Positions 38,053-50,815 of a DNA stretch of 64,000 bases are shown here, in pieces. The number at the start of each line of letters is the position of its first letter. Position 1 is the first letter of the stretch. Under the pieces are notes generated by a model. The model was given only the letters and a program-made list of their open reading frames with translations, ran no database searches and was not told where the DNA came from. The DNA lies in NCBI RefSeq assembly GCF_006345805.1, contig NC_043017.1:11904001-11968000 (forward strand), read 5' to 3'. Origin of the DNA: Octopus sinensis. Lineage: Eukaryota. The position numbers and the translations under genes were made by a program.

Positions 38053-38459
38053 CGCACACACACACACATACACACACATGTATAAATTATGAATATCTAT
38101 ACATGTAGTCATGGTATGTGTGTGTGTGTATTTATGCACACACACACATAAACGTTTACACACACACACATACACACTATATATGTATATACATATATAT
38201 CTATATGTGTTTGTGTTTGTCCCCCACTACTTCTTGGCAACTGGTGTTGGTTTGTTTATGTGCCTGTAACTTAGTGGATTGGCAAAAAGAGACTGATAAA
38301 ATAAGTACCGTGCTTAAAAAGTGAGTCCTGGGGTTCATTTGTTTGGCCAAAAAACTCTTCAAGGCAGTGCCCCAGCATGGCCACAGTCCAACAACTGAAA
38401 CAAGTAAAAGATAAAAGATATACATACATACATACACACAACTACACATGTATGTACAT

Positions 38460-38466
38460 ATGTAAG

Positions 38467-38498
<32 letters not shown>

Positions 38499-38500
38499 TG

Positions 38501-38532
<32 letters not shown>

Positions 38533-38534
38533 TG

Positions 38535-38567
<33 letters not shown>

Positions 38568-38568
38568 G

Positions 38569-38607
<39 letters not shown>

Positions 38608-38745
38608 CTAAATTATATTATATATATATATATATATTTATATGTATGTATTTTTTTATAATATACATATATTTTATTAAATTATATTACATTATATTAT
38701 ATTACATAGATATATTATATTATATTGTATTATATTACATTTATA
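38460..38745. repeat. (TATG)n/(TA)n compound microsatellite
   Basis: Direct reading. Confidence 0.9.
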
Positions 38746-39974
38746 TGTGCATGTATGAACATACATTAAAAGTGTTAAAATACAAATCTGAATATATGTA
38801 GTTCTACATATTTTTCCTGTATGCGCTCTCACACGTATAGCATAGATATGCACTCTATTGCATATAAGTTTAATAGATTTAAATTGTAGTTTTTCTTAAT
38901 GCACAAAATATATATTTATAGTAAAGATGGCATATTCATGTGTAAGATATTTTACAAAGAACAGAAACAGTTTGGGAAAGATGTTTCAATATATTACAGA
39001 CCCTAAGCAACGCTAATTTCTTTTCGTTTTCTATTCTTTTATCGTCGTCTTCTTATTCTTTTTCTTATTATTCTTGTCATTGTTGTTGTTATTATCTTCA
39101 TCATCAGTATCATCATCATCATTCTATTCTTCTTCTTCTTCTTCTTCTTCTATATATATATATATATGTATGTATATATAATAATATATATATATATTAT
39201 ATTTATGCATGTATGTATATATATATATATATTATATTATGTATGTATATATATTATATATATTATATATATATTATATATATAATATATATGTATGTAT
39301 GTATGTATGTATCATATGAAACAATACTGATGATATATATGCATGTACGTGTGTATATACATACACACACACACACACACATCTCTGTGTATGAGTGTGT
39401 GTTATGTATGTATGTGTGTGTAGTATGTATGGCTGTATAAAAGACACTTGTCATAACAATGGCCTCCTCTCAGCTCTGTCAGTGTCAACTAAAAAAAGTC
39501 ACAATACAAGCCACAAAATTCAAATAAAGTTATATAAAAGTCACACTAAAATTTCACTTAGCTTTCAGAAATCCAGACAAATCAGTCAAGCATTGCTTGG
39601 ACTCAACTACTCCAATAAAATAAATGTTACAATTCCATGTTTGGTACCGTATGGAATTCTTCATGCAAAAGTTATTCTGGTACTTTCCAAAGAAGCAATT
39701 CTTCTAGATCAGTTGAATATTATTTTTATACTTGGTTCGTTTGCAATAAAGTTGATTAAGCTGGACTGCTGGACGAAGCCCAGGATGGTGAAGGAGATGG
39801 TCATCTTATGATTTCCTTCCTGACTTTCGGTAACCTAAGTGCTGGCTGAATTTATTTTTGTATATGAGATTTATTCATCATATATTACATTTCTCTCACT
39901 CTCTCTCTCTCTCTTCTCTCTCTCTTTTTCTCTCTCTCTCTCTCTCTCTGTATGTGTGTATGTGTGTGTCTGTA

Positions 39975-40215
39975 TCGGTCAGACCATTGGATGTTGTTAT
40001 ACACCACTGATCACAATGCGTTTTTTGCATTGTTGTAGTTTTCAAATGATGCCACCTCAACGACCAGGTGAACAAGCCAACACTGACCCCTGATCAAAAA
40101 GCCACTCCATTGCAGGGGTCACCCATTTACAGCTGAGTGGACTGGAGCAATGCGAAATGAAGTGTCTTGCTCAAATCACTGGCCTAGGAATTGAAACCAG
40201 GTACTTTAACCAGTC
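39975..40215 (-). mobile_element. SINE with family D 3' tail but a different central domain
   Basis: Minus strand: head-like ggtttcaattcc, then gagcaagacacttcatttcgcattgctccagtccactcagctgtaaatggg, then the D-type tail acaatgc..cgcattgtgatcag..aacatc. Confidence 0.6.
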
Positions 40216-41346
40216 GGCCCCTTCACACATATATGTATGTGAATATTCATGTAGCTCCTTTATAGCAAGAAACCTGCTCAGCCCCTGTTTTTATACTTTA
40301 GCCAACACTCATCTCCTAGCATGAAGCCCGCTTCCTCTACGGGTTCTCGATCTTGCAAGCTACATGGTGACCTCACTAGTGTTGGTGCTATGAAAAATCC
40401 ATCAAGTACACACTTGCAAGTGGTTGGCATTAGGAAGGGCATCCAGCTATTGAGACCAAAGCAAACAATGGAATTCAAGGCAATCTTTGGATCCACTGGA
40501 CCGTGGCAAACAGTTCAAGCATGGAACAGAGTTAGATGATGACAATGATCTTAGATATACTTCCTCAGAAGCTCACTGACCATGTGCAGGCCTCTGATGA
40601 CCAACACTAAACTCCTGAGAGAGTAGTGTAGATTATAGTATTGGTGTTGGTATTAGTGGTTGTGATGATGGGGATGCTTGTTCTGTTGTTGCTAAATTGA
40701 ACTATAGGATTATAATGAAAAGTATTCCATCCATGACCATCCCATCTTTCAGAGTGATTTAGTTGATTATTTGTTGAGGCGGTAGGGGTGCTGGTGACAA
40801 TTGTGATAGTACAGAGTCAATAAGTTCACCGAAATTCCAATTTGTCATTCTCTGACTGATTTCTGCAACTATTCAAATAACCAATATTAATACCAAGATG
40901 GAAGAAAGGCGTGGGAGGGTGATGAGGAAGAATAAAGAATATGTGTGTTACTTTAGGAAGCATCGTCATCTAGAATTAATTAATTAATTAGGTCTAATGG
41001 AAAGTGAATGCTATCTGAAAGCTTTACTGTATTCTACATGCTTTTCTAACAAACTCAGAAATTGTCAGTTTTTTTCCCTACACCATGACCTTACCACAAT
41101 CAAATGGGAGAGAAGAAAAGAACTTAATAATAATAACAACAACAACAACAATAATAATAATAATAATGATAATAATAATAATGATAATAATAACAACAAT
41201 AATAATGATGGTTGTGGTGGTAGTGGTAATCAAAACTTATTTCTGTGGAACAATTCAAATATGTTCGCTAAATGCAATGTGTGGTTTATTATTTCCAGTG
41301 GATCACACATTTTGCCAGATCAGACAAAGCTGGGGCCAGACAAGGC

Positions 41347-41391
<45 letters not shown>

Positions 41392-42365
41392 GTTGTAGTA
41401 GTAGTGACAAGAGATGGGAAGAAAAGAGAGAATATGAAGTTGGAATGAATTGGTGTCTCTAAACCAAACAGTGGCCGTCTTTGAGATTTAATCTCTCAGT
41501 ACAACTATTGACTTTATATTTCTCTACTATTCCACCTATTTTTTCCTTAACTTTTCATAATTATTTTTATGTTGATTATTATTATTATTATTATTATTAT
41601 TATTTTGTCTAAATCCCTTTATTTCTGATTCTATATTTAACCTGTTATTTTTGGTAAATCAGAAGACTGCGGTGGCCTTGACACCTTTAAAACCGTTTAT
41701 GATGCCAAAACCTTCTCTGAATTTTTATTGCAGCTCAAAATCTATCCCTAGATACAAGAGACTGTTCATTGTCATCCTCTATCACACGTGTATCTGCATC
41801 TTGTCTGCTTCAACATATTGATTAAAGATGTCAGTGTTTTAGATGACAAATGACTAGTGGCTATATGCAGTGCTTTTCTAATAGCTTTCTACTATTATGG
41901 ATTAAATTTGATATGGATTTAGATGGACTCGATTTATTATTATGGTTTTCTTTCTTGTAGTTCTTCCTTCTGTGCCAAATCTGTATTTTTCCATCTCCTG
42001 CAATCAACATCCATCTCTACTTATTAATGATGCAACTTTTTATTTGAAGTTAATGTTTCATCAAACATACAGGTGGGAATTGTCAAAACCCTTCTCGTAA
42101 TCATTTTGTAACCCTAACCATGCACGGATTGTTATCTCTCCTGTAATAAATTAAGTATTAATTTCAATTATATATTAGTTGATCAATATACAAAGGCTGG
42201 TTAGAGTGCTGGAATCGCAATTGTAGAAATTGCAGGTTTGATTTTAAGACCAGCCAGTATATTATATTCTTAAACAAGACACTTCACTTCATGTCACTCA
42301 AGTTCAATCAGCTGAAAATAAGCACTATTGAAGTCTTCTACCCCTCTATCACATCTTTGATGCTC

Positions 42366-43430
42366 TATTGGGTCATCCAATAAATAATACAGTTTTTTTA
42401 ATACTATTTTTATTTGTCAAAATTAAGATAAAGTTCTTTTTTTAATCTAAAATATACTCTCCTTCATTTTCCACAATGCTCTTCCATCTATCTGGTAGAC
42501 TTGCAAAGCCCCTCTTCCAAAATTCATTTGTCCATGATGAAAAATACTCCTCCAGTACTCTTCTGGCATTGTCTACAGAATTCATATTTTTTCCGTCCAA
42601 ATGATTTTGAAGACTGCAGAATAAATGATAATCAGATGAGAATGTCTGGAAAATATGGTGGGTGGAGCATCGTTTCCCATTCAAACTGCTCCAGCCTTTG
42701 GAATATCATCCTTGCTGTATGTGGCTGAGTGTTATCCTGATAGAAGAATGCCTTTCATCTTGAAACCAAAGATGGTTATTTGGTTTGGGTTTAAAATTTC
42801 AAAATGGACAAAACATTTCATATCCCACCAAACAGATAACAATACCTTACATGGGTGAAGACCTTCTTTAGCCTTGAGTGCCAGCGTTTCTCCTTTCCCT
42901 ACGCACTGTCTTCAGTGCTTGACATTTTTATAGAGGACCCATTTCTCGTCACCAGTTACTATTCAGTCCAAAGAAGGTTCAGTCATGAAACGTGACAGCA
43001 AAGAAGAGCACACATTCACCCTCTGCATGCAATTAGACATGGAAAGTTTGTGAGGAACCCATTGACCCAATTTGCTGACTTTTTCAATGGAACGCAGGTG
43101 TTAATGAATGGTTGAATGACCAAATGCAAGCTTCTCTGCTAGTTCCTCAACAGTTACAATGGGATTTTGTTCCACCAGGGTTTGCTGGATGTCCTCGTCA
43201 AGCTCTACAGATATTCCAGGATGGGGCTTGTCTTCTAGGCTGTAGTTTCCAGCATGGAATTTCTGGAACCACCGTTGACACTGGCTTACACTTATTGTCC
43301 GATCCCCATATACTGCATCAATATTCCTCACACTTTCCGTTGTGTTGTTGCCTTTATTGAACTCATAAAGCAAAATATGCTGAATATACTCCTTTGTCAC
43401 TTCCACTATAGCTTTAAAAAAACAACTGTT
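42366..43430 (-). mobile_element. Decayed mariner (Tc1/mariner, DD34D) transposon
   Basis: Transposase remnants plus one TIR-like end (TA|ttgggtcatccaataaataatacagtttt at 42366); matching second TIR not found. Confidence 0.9.
42442..43406 (-). pseudogene. Mariner transposase pseudogene
   Basis: N-terminal HTH (ILLYEFNKG..QRWFQKF), WVPHKL, IVTGDEKWVLY, LHPCKVLLSVWWD, QDNTQPH, HPPYFPD..DYHLF, RWKSIVENEGEYILD; in-frame stops, frameshifts and an apparent internal deletion. Confidence 0.92.
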
Positions 43431-43906
43431 AAAAATCCAACTTATACTTCATACATTTTTCTGAGGTTTTTCAGTAATTGCATGTTTAAGTGTTATGCAT
43501 TAAACAATGTTAACTATGGAATGAAATTTAAGATGTAATCAGAATCTTTAACATAATAAGACACAAGTGTTATGCATTAACATTTTGCCCATGAAGCCCG
43601 TGTTTCACCATGATTTCTTTTGCACCAGCACAAGCAGTCTAATTTTATTATAAATTGTGATTCTTTAATTTTTGTAACCCCAGAGCAAATGTTATAGTCA
43701 TACTCTACTGTGGAAGTCACTGGTGATACACATGTCAAACACTGCTAAAATGTCCATTTATGGATTTCTTTTGCATTTGTTGATAATTTTTTCTTCAGAT
43801 TATATTTCATATCATATAATAAAAGCTTTAATGACTTCCTTTTCACCAAAATTATTTTATGGAGGGCAGCAGTGATGGAGATGACAGCGACTTGCACCCT
43901 TCTTAC

Positions 43907-44027
43907 CAGGTTCGGTCTCAGATTCTGTTGACTCAAGTTGAAAATCACCCAAGAAATACAAAAGAACATGTTTTCTGTACTTTTCTTTAAATTCAAATAA
44001 TGTAGTCTGAACCAAAGTAATGAGACA
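43907..44027 (-). CDS. Candidate internal exon (121 nt) of an unidentified gene
   Basis: Acceptor ttttttatgcag| and donor CTG|gtaaga; open as CLITLVQTTLFEFKEKYRKHVLLYFLGDFQLESTESETEP (a second frame is also open); no homology recognised. Confidence 0.25.
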
Positions 44028-44174
44028 CTGCATAAAAAAGCTATCACAAGTGGGTATAACCAATGGTATCTTGAGATATAGCATGGAGAGTCACCAGTGA
44101 CTCCCAAAATAGGCAAAATGTTAAACAAACTTAAATCCCAAACATAATCAAAATCTTTAACATAATGTCACAAC

Positions 44175-44573
44175 GCGCAGGAGTGGCTGTGTGGTAAGTA
44201 GCTTGTTTACCAACCACATGGTTCCGGGTTCAGTCCCACTGCATGGCACCTTGGGCGAGTGTCTTCTACTATAGCCTCAGGCCGACCAAAGCCTTGTGAG
44301 TGGATTTGGTAGATGGAAACTGAAAGAAGCCTGTCATATATATGTATATATATATATATGCGTATGTGTGTTTGTGTGTCTGCCTGTGTTTGTCCCCCTA
44401 GCATTGCTTGACAACCGATGCTGGTGTGTTTATGTCCCCGTTACTTAGAGGTTCGGCAAAAGAGACCGATAGAATAAGTCCTGGGGTCGAGTTGCTCGAT
44501 TAAAAGGCGGTGCCCCAGCATGGCCGCAGTCAAATGACTGAAACAAGTAAAAGAGAAAAGAGTAAAGAGAGTA
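44175..44573 (+). mobile_element. SINE family A, full length
   Basis: Head ggagtggctgtgtggtaag..gggttcagtccc, (TA)(GT) linker, aagagtaa tail. Confidence 0.9.
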
Positions 44574-45544
44574 ATGCATCAAAATAGAAGTTTTAAAAAA
44601 TGGGAATTGTATTTCTCAGGTGCAGCTTGTTAATATTATAATAATAACAACAAATGCTTGGAGGTAGAATTTGTCTCTCACCCCCTCAGGATACATAAAA
44701 TCAACAACATATACTGGTGTTGATTAACTCCTTTATAGAAAAATGGATGGCATTGTGCCAATACTATGCCTTATAAGTTTCATTGAAATTATTATTATTG
44801 TTTTTATTATTATTATCATTTTTATTATTCAGTTTCTACACAAGCTTTCCCACCACCAGTACATCTCACACTCCCATCCTATAATGTCCTCTCTTCCGTC
44901 ACCTTTGTGGCAATAATAAAAGAAAAGGTTATCATCATCATCATCATCATCACCGTCATTGTTATTATTGTTTTTATTATTAGTCTTTGAATAATGAAAT
45001 CATTATCAATAGCATAATTCAAAGTATAGTTAGAAGTAAGCACAGTTGAAACCATTTCCACAGAGAATCAAAACCAATTCCCTCATTGAATTCTTAGTTC
45101 ATTGATGTAATAACATAAAAAAAAAAAATAATAAAAACAAAACAAAAAAATAAAGAAAAAGAAAGCGAAAAAGCTATCAAATCCGAAAGCCACATCAAAA
45201 ACAAAAAATATCAATTACATTATTACTTGATTATTTACTATTATTAATTAAGCTGTATAGTGTGGCAGAATTGGTGGAGTAGCAGACAAAACACTCGGTA
45301 GTATTTAGCTATGTTCCTTTACGTTCTGAGTTCAATCCTTACTGAGGAGGCAAATGTAACTTCCACTGCTTCTGGAAATGATGAACTAAAACATTGGTTA
45401 AATATGGATATAATGTAGAATGTGTAGGTGAGGCAGCGTTTTATTGAAATAACTGTCTCCATTTGGTACTTCCTCTTCAGCATTCGATTTGTTCTTCAAA
45501 TGTAAAACTTGTTTATTCATTTTGCTTGGAATTAATTATGTATA

Positions 45545-45944
45545 GGCACAGGAGTGGCTGTGTGGTAAGTAGCTTGCTAACCAACCACATGGTTCCAGGT
45601 TCAGTCCCACTGCGTGGCATCTTGGGCAAGTGTCTTCTGCTATAGCCCCGGGCCGACCAATGCCTTGTAAGTGGATTTGGTAGACGGAAACTGAAAGAAG
45701 CCTGTCGTATATATGTATATATATATATATGTGTGTGTGTGTTTGTCCCCCTAGCATTGCTTGACAACTGATGCTGGTGTGTTTACGTCCCCATCACTTA
45801 GCGGTTCGGCAAAAGAGACTGATAGAATAAGTACTGGGCTTACAAAGAATAAGTCTCGGGGTCGTGTTGCTCGATTAAAGGCGGTGCTCCAGCATGGCTG
45901 CAGTCAAATGACTGAAACAAGTAAAAGAGTAAAGAGTAAGAGTA
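45545..45944 (+). mobile_element. SINE family A, full length
   Basis: Highly similar to the 44175 and 2297 copies. Confidence 0.9.
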
Positions 45945-45946
45945 TT

Positions 45947-46235
45947 GTTAAGTTAAGTTAAGTTAATTTTTTGGCTCAAAAAGCAAAAAGCAAGGCCATG
46001 TAGGGGGACATGGAGTTATGTACAGGGTGGGGTTCATGCAAAGAGTTCAGGCCATTTCTGGTCAAGAGAGACTTTGAACCGAGTGGTCGTCGGCATCTTC
46101 ACTATCTCGTCTGGCAGCTTATTCCACGGATCCGCAACCCGGACGGAGAAAGCCCCTCTCCTTCGATTGAGATGAAATCGTCACAGATAGAGCTTTTCGG
46201 AGTGACCCTGCAGCCGACGCTCTGGAGCAGGAGTT
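45947..46235 (-). mobile_element. CR1/L2-group LINE 3' end with (TTAAC)n tail
   Basis: RLQGHSEKLYL*RFHLNRRRGAFSVRVADPWNKLPDEIVKMPTTTRFKVSLD matches the CR1-type RGH..KL..R..FFS.RV...WN.LP...FK..LD C-terminus; stop at 46034-46036. Confidence 0.85.
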
Positions 46236-46659
46236 GTAGCTCTTGTAGCTTCAAGATTTTGATGATGCGATTGTTTATTTATTTTTAAAGTGACACTATT
46301 GGGTGGGTGTAAGAGGCTGGATCTGGCCAGTTGGAACACGAAACAAGGAGAGTATTTTGGTCAGATACGGCTTGTTGCAATGCTAACGATTTAGTGTATC
46401 TCAATTGCGTATATCGAATTTTTAATTAGTCAGGCTGCTATTCACAACATCAATGAATGCATTGTTCATATTTTCTATATTGAAGACAATGAATTCTCAA
46501 TTGACCGTGTGGCTTGTTGTGAGTATGTGCCATTGAAAAGGTTCAAAAAGGCAGGAATGCATCTGGCGCTCTCACTGGTCCCTGCTACTGGAATGAGTTT
46601 TCGTCTCTTTCTGATTGTTATTGTGTTATTAACGCAGCAACCTTTTACCTTCAATCTTT

Positions 46660-47027
46660 TAGATGTTTTAATCATTAGACTGTGGCCATGCTGGGGCACC
46701 ACCTTAGAGAATTTTTAGTCAAATGAATCAACCCTGGCACTTGTCTTTTGTAAAGCCTGGTACTTACTCTATCAGTCTCTTTGTCAAATCATTAAGATAT
46801 GGGATGTAAACACACCAACACAAGTTGTCAAGTGGGGTGGGGGAGGACAAACAGAATGACAAAAACACACACACATTGATATATATATATATATATGATT
46901 TATTATTTTTTCTTTTTTAATTTTCCATTTACCCATTTTTATTAAAATTTACTTTCAATTTAGCATTCTGCCTTATTATAATTTTTCCTCTCCTATATAT
47001 ATATGTATATATATACACACACATTGG

Positions 47028-47113
<86 letters not shown>

Positions 47114-47260
47114 TCATGACTGGCTTCTTTCAGTTTCTATCTACCAAATCTATTTACAAAGCATTGGTTGACCCAAGGCTATAGTAGAAGATACTTGCCC
47201 AAGATGCCATGCAGTGGTTCTGAACCCAGAACCATGCAAGCTTCTTACCACACAGCCATA
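46660..47260 (-). mobile_element. SINE family A copy split by an expanded internal microsatellite and an AT-rich insert
   Basis: 3' half at about 46660-46860 and 5' half at about 47115-47260. Confidence 0.7.
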
Positions 47261-47584
47261 AGAAATGATATCACAAGACAAATGCACCAGTGTCTGGCAT
47301 CGTCACCATGTGCACACAGTTAGCATGCAACATTGACGGCTGCTGATATAAAAGCTGTATCGTACTAAGAAATTTTAGGTTTTGTAGCAATATTAAAAAT
47401 CCTTGTTTACAGTTTTATTTGGTTGTGGGTTGGTAGTTAAAATGCCAACTAAATTGCTCTACAGTATTTTTTCCAGTTCATTGCACACATGGTTCAAGTC
47501 CTGCTTAGGTCAAATTTGCATTTCATCCTTCTGCTGTTCATTCTTCTCTCTCTGTTCTTTGATCCAATTATAGCAATTGGTTAC

Positions 47585-47790
47585 CAGTGCTGGTGGCACG
47601 TAAAAAGCGCCCACTACACTCTTGGAGTGGTTGGCGTTAGGAAGGGCATCAAGCTGTAGAAACACTGCCAGATCAGACTGGAGCCTGGTGCAGCCTCCTG
47701 GCTTCCCAGACCCCGGTCGAAACGTCCAACCTGTGCTAGCATGGAAAACGGACGTTAAACGATAATGATGATGATGATGATGATGATGTT
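47585..47790 (+). mobile_element. Family C, short 5'-truncated copy
   Basis: Tail nearly identical to 1780-1954. Confidence 0.85.
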
Positions 47791-48199
47791 ACCTTACAGT
47801 GTAAGACAATGTCATAGGAGACCACAGCATCTTTTCTTCATACTCACGGTCCCTTTCTTCAGAAACGGAGAAGAACTGAGTGAGGGGATCTTTGGAATGC
47901 TGAACACAACATTGCCTTTCATCTTAATGGAATTCATAAAATAAAGTGCGGTGCCCCAGCATGGCCACAGCTCATGAGCTGAAACTTGATAAAATAAATA
48001 AATAAAAATAAAATCAAATACTGTGGTTGATAAGATAAAGTAGCAGTTATGTAGTGGGGGTGAGCATCTGCTGAAATTGCTGAAGGTGGCAAAAAAGGGC
48101 TTCAAAGATTTTTAGGGCTCCCAGCATTCATACATGCAGGAACATACTTGAAATGAAGATGTGTGCATGTGTGTGTGAATTTGAGTTAATGCCAGGACC

Positions 48200-48536
48200 C
48201 CTGGACTGGAGATACATAAAAAGCACTATCCGAATCGTGGTCGATGCCAGTGCCGCTTCGACTGGCTTCCGTGTCGGTGGCACGTAAAAAGCACCAATCC
48301 GACTGTGGCCGATGCCAGCCTCGCCTGGCACCAGTGCAGGTGGCACGTAAAAAGCACCCACTACACTCACGGAGTGGTTGGCGTTAGGAAGGGCATCAAG
48401 CTGTAGAAACACTGCCAGATCAGACTGGAGCCTGGTGCAGCCTCCTGGCTTCCCAGATCCCCGGTCGAACCGTCCAACCCATGCTAGCATGGAGAACGGA
48501 CGTTAAACGATGATGATGATGATGATGATGATGATG
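48200..48536 (+). mobile_element. Family C copy with about 2.5 tandem units
   Basis: Near-identical tail to 1780-1954 and to 57420-57620 (reverse). Confidence 0.85.
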
Positions 48537-50244
48537 TATGTCTGTACATTTGTGTGTGTGTGTACTTATGAGGAAGATGTGTGTTCATGTGAGTACATGT
48601 GTGTGCATGTGTCACTCTGAGAACTAGGAAATGAAATGTAAAAAGAAAAACAAAACAAATAATATTTGTCCAAGTGAATGTTGTGGTAGTTAATCAAAGC
48701 TGTAAAATATGGTTGCATAAAATTTGAAAATTTACAAACATATCAGACCTATATCAATTTTCAGAATCTTAAATAAATTATATGAAAAAAAAAAAAAATA
48801 AATAAATAGAAAAAATTTAAGATAATGATTTTTTTTACAATTAAAACCAAAACAAAAGAAAAAGCAAAAGAAATAGAAATGAAAATGAAAAATATAATAA
48901 ATTATAAAATTAACAAAACAAAAATTTGAAAATCTAATCTCAGAGTAATAATTAGCTTTGAGTGAATCCTCATTAAAAAGAAAAATGAAAAAGAGTGGTG
49001 GAGGGCAGATCTGGTGGGAGTGGTAGTGGTGGCGGAGGTGGAGGATAGTGACAACATAAAATTATGGGATCCAATGAGATCCGATGAGATCCGAAAACCT
49101 CTGTTCACAGAGTAATTTATATCTTTATGGCCATAAGAGAATTGCTTCTTAAGGCATAAACAACGTTGAAATGGAACTGTCTGTGGATGGAGGTTGGGAG
49201 TTCGGAAAGGAGTGAGATACACGTGTGTGCCAGTGGTGGTGGTGGTGGCGATGGTGAATGTGGTGAGGGTGGTGATGGGTGGTGGTGGTGAGTGTGTATT
49301 AGAAAATAGAGGTGGAACTCTGTTCGTTTGATGCACCCCACCACAACAGTTTCTCTTTTGACTTCTCTTACAGACTTCATTTTATTACTCTCGGTTCTTC
49401 TCCTCCTTGTTTAGTATTCTTCTTTATGGTCATTGGCCCACCACCACCACTACCGCTGCTGCTGCTGTTGCTGCTGCTGAGCAGCAGCATCCTCACCACC
49501 ACCACCACCACCACCACCGCCACCACCACCGCCACCACCGCCACCACCATCATCAGTCTTCTTTTAACCTTCCTCTTCCTCCTCCCTCCCCAACTTCATC
49601 GCTGGACAATACTGGAGGATTTAGATATTGGAGCTGGAGTAGTGCTAAACCTGGATTGTTTGGAGGGACCTTCACCATCAGATAACAAAGATATCTGCCC
49701 AGCCGTTTGGTACCAAGCTTCATATCACTTTCGATTTCCCTTTCAAGATGCACTCATCTCACAACAACAACAACAACAACAACAATGTAACAATCAACCA
49801 TTCCGCACTCTGCAAAAGACAAGGTTTTAAACAACTCAAGTTTTCTGAGCTACATTTGGTCTCACAAGTAGATACCTTCATTGAGCTGTTGTAAATGATT
49901 AAACAGTCTTTGATTTTTTCCAGCCAAGGCAGTTTTAACCCAATATATAACCGCTATTATTATTTATTTCACACCTCCCAAAGTTTCTAAATTCTTTCGA
50001 TGTGAGCAACATGAAATTTTGGCTGTTAAGAACAAAGCTTCTAAAAATGAATGGAAAAATTCAAAGGATTGCTTTGATACAATGGTAGAACATCTGTCAT
50101 GCTTACAGAAGATGTAGGTTTGTGTCCTGCCGGCAGCCTTTGATGTATTCCTTCAAATATAGAGGTTTCAACCCAGTCTCCACATGGTATTATTTATAAC
50201 TTTATGTACTTTGGGTCCCAACATTAAATTATTTCTTCACATTT

Positions 50245-50432
50245 TAGCACCAGGCCAACAATTAAGATTAGTTTGGTTACACTAGACCCAGTGTCCAACT
50301 GGTAATTTTTTTTATCAACCCCAGAAGGACGAAAGGCAGAGTCTCAACTTTGACATAATTTGAACTCAGAACTTCAAGACAGATAAAATGCCACAAAGCA
50401 TTTTGCCTGGCATGCTAACGATTCAACCAGCT
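50245..50432 (-). mobile_element. SINE family B' diverged copy
   Basis: gacccagtgtccaactggta..aggacgaaaggcagagtc..tttgaactcagaac..gcatgctaacgattc. Confidence 0.7.
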
Positions 50433-50479
50433 CGGAGACTTATATATGTAATTCATATAAAATAAAATAATAAAGCAGT

Positions 50480-50641
50480 AAATGTATGTATGTATGTATG
50501 TATGTATGTATGTATGTATGTATGTATGTATGTATGTGTGTGTGTATGTATTTATGTATGTATGTATATAATGTATGTAATGTATGTATGTATGTATGTA
50601 TGCATGTATGTAATGTAATGTATGTATGTATATAATGTATG

Positions 50642-50676
<35 letters not shown>

Positions 50677-50732
50677 TGTAATGTATGTATGTAATGTATG
50701 TATGTAATGTCTGTATGTATGTATGTATGTAC

Positions 50733-50768
<36 letters not shown>

Positions 50769-50779
50769 TGCATGTATGT

Positions 50780-50814
<35 letters not shown>

Positions 50815-50815
50815 A
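50480..50815. repeat. (TATG)n/(TAATG)/(GT)n compound microsatellite
   Basis: Direct reading. Confidence 0.95.

Noticed and set aside
39395-39811. 138-aa plus-strand ORF and the 86-aa ORF at 33033-33293
   Set aside because: No recognisable homology; the first starts inside a microsatellite; lengths compatible with chance. A 69-nt exon-like piece at 39761-39829 has only a weak acceptor
44175-44250. tRNA genes at SINE heads
   Set aside because: A-box and B-box motifs are present, but no complete cloverleaf was seen and they continue into SINE bodies
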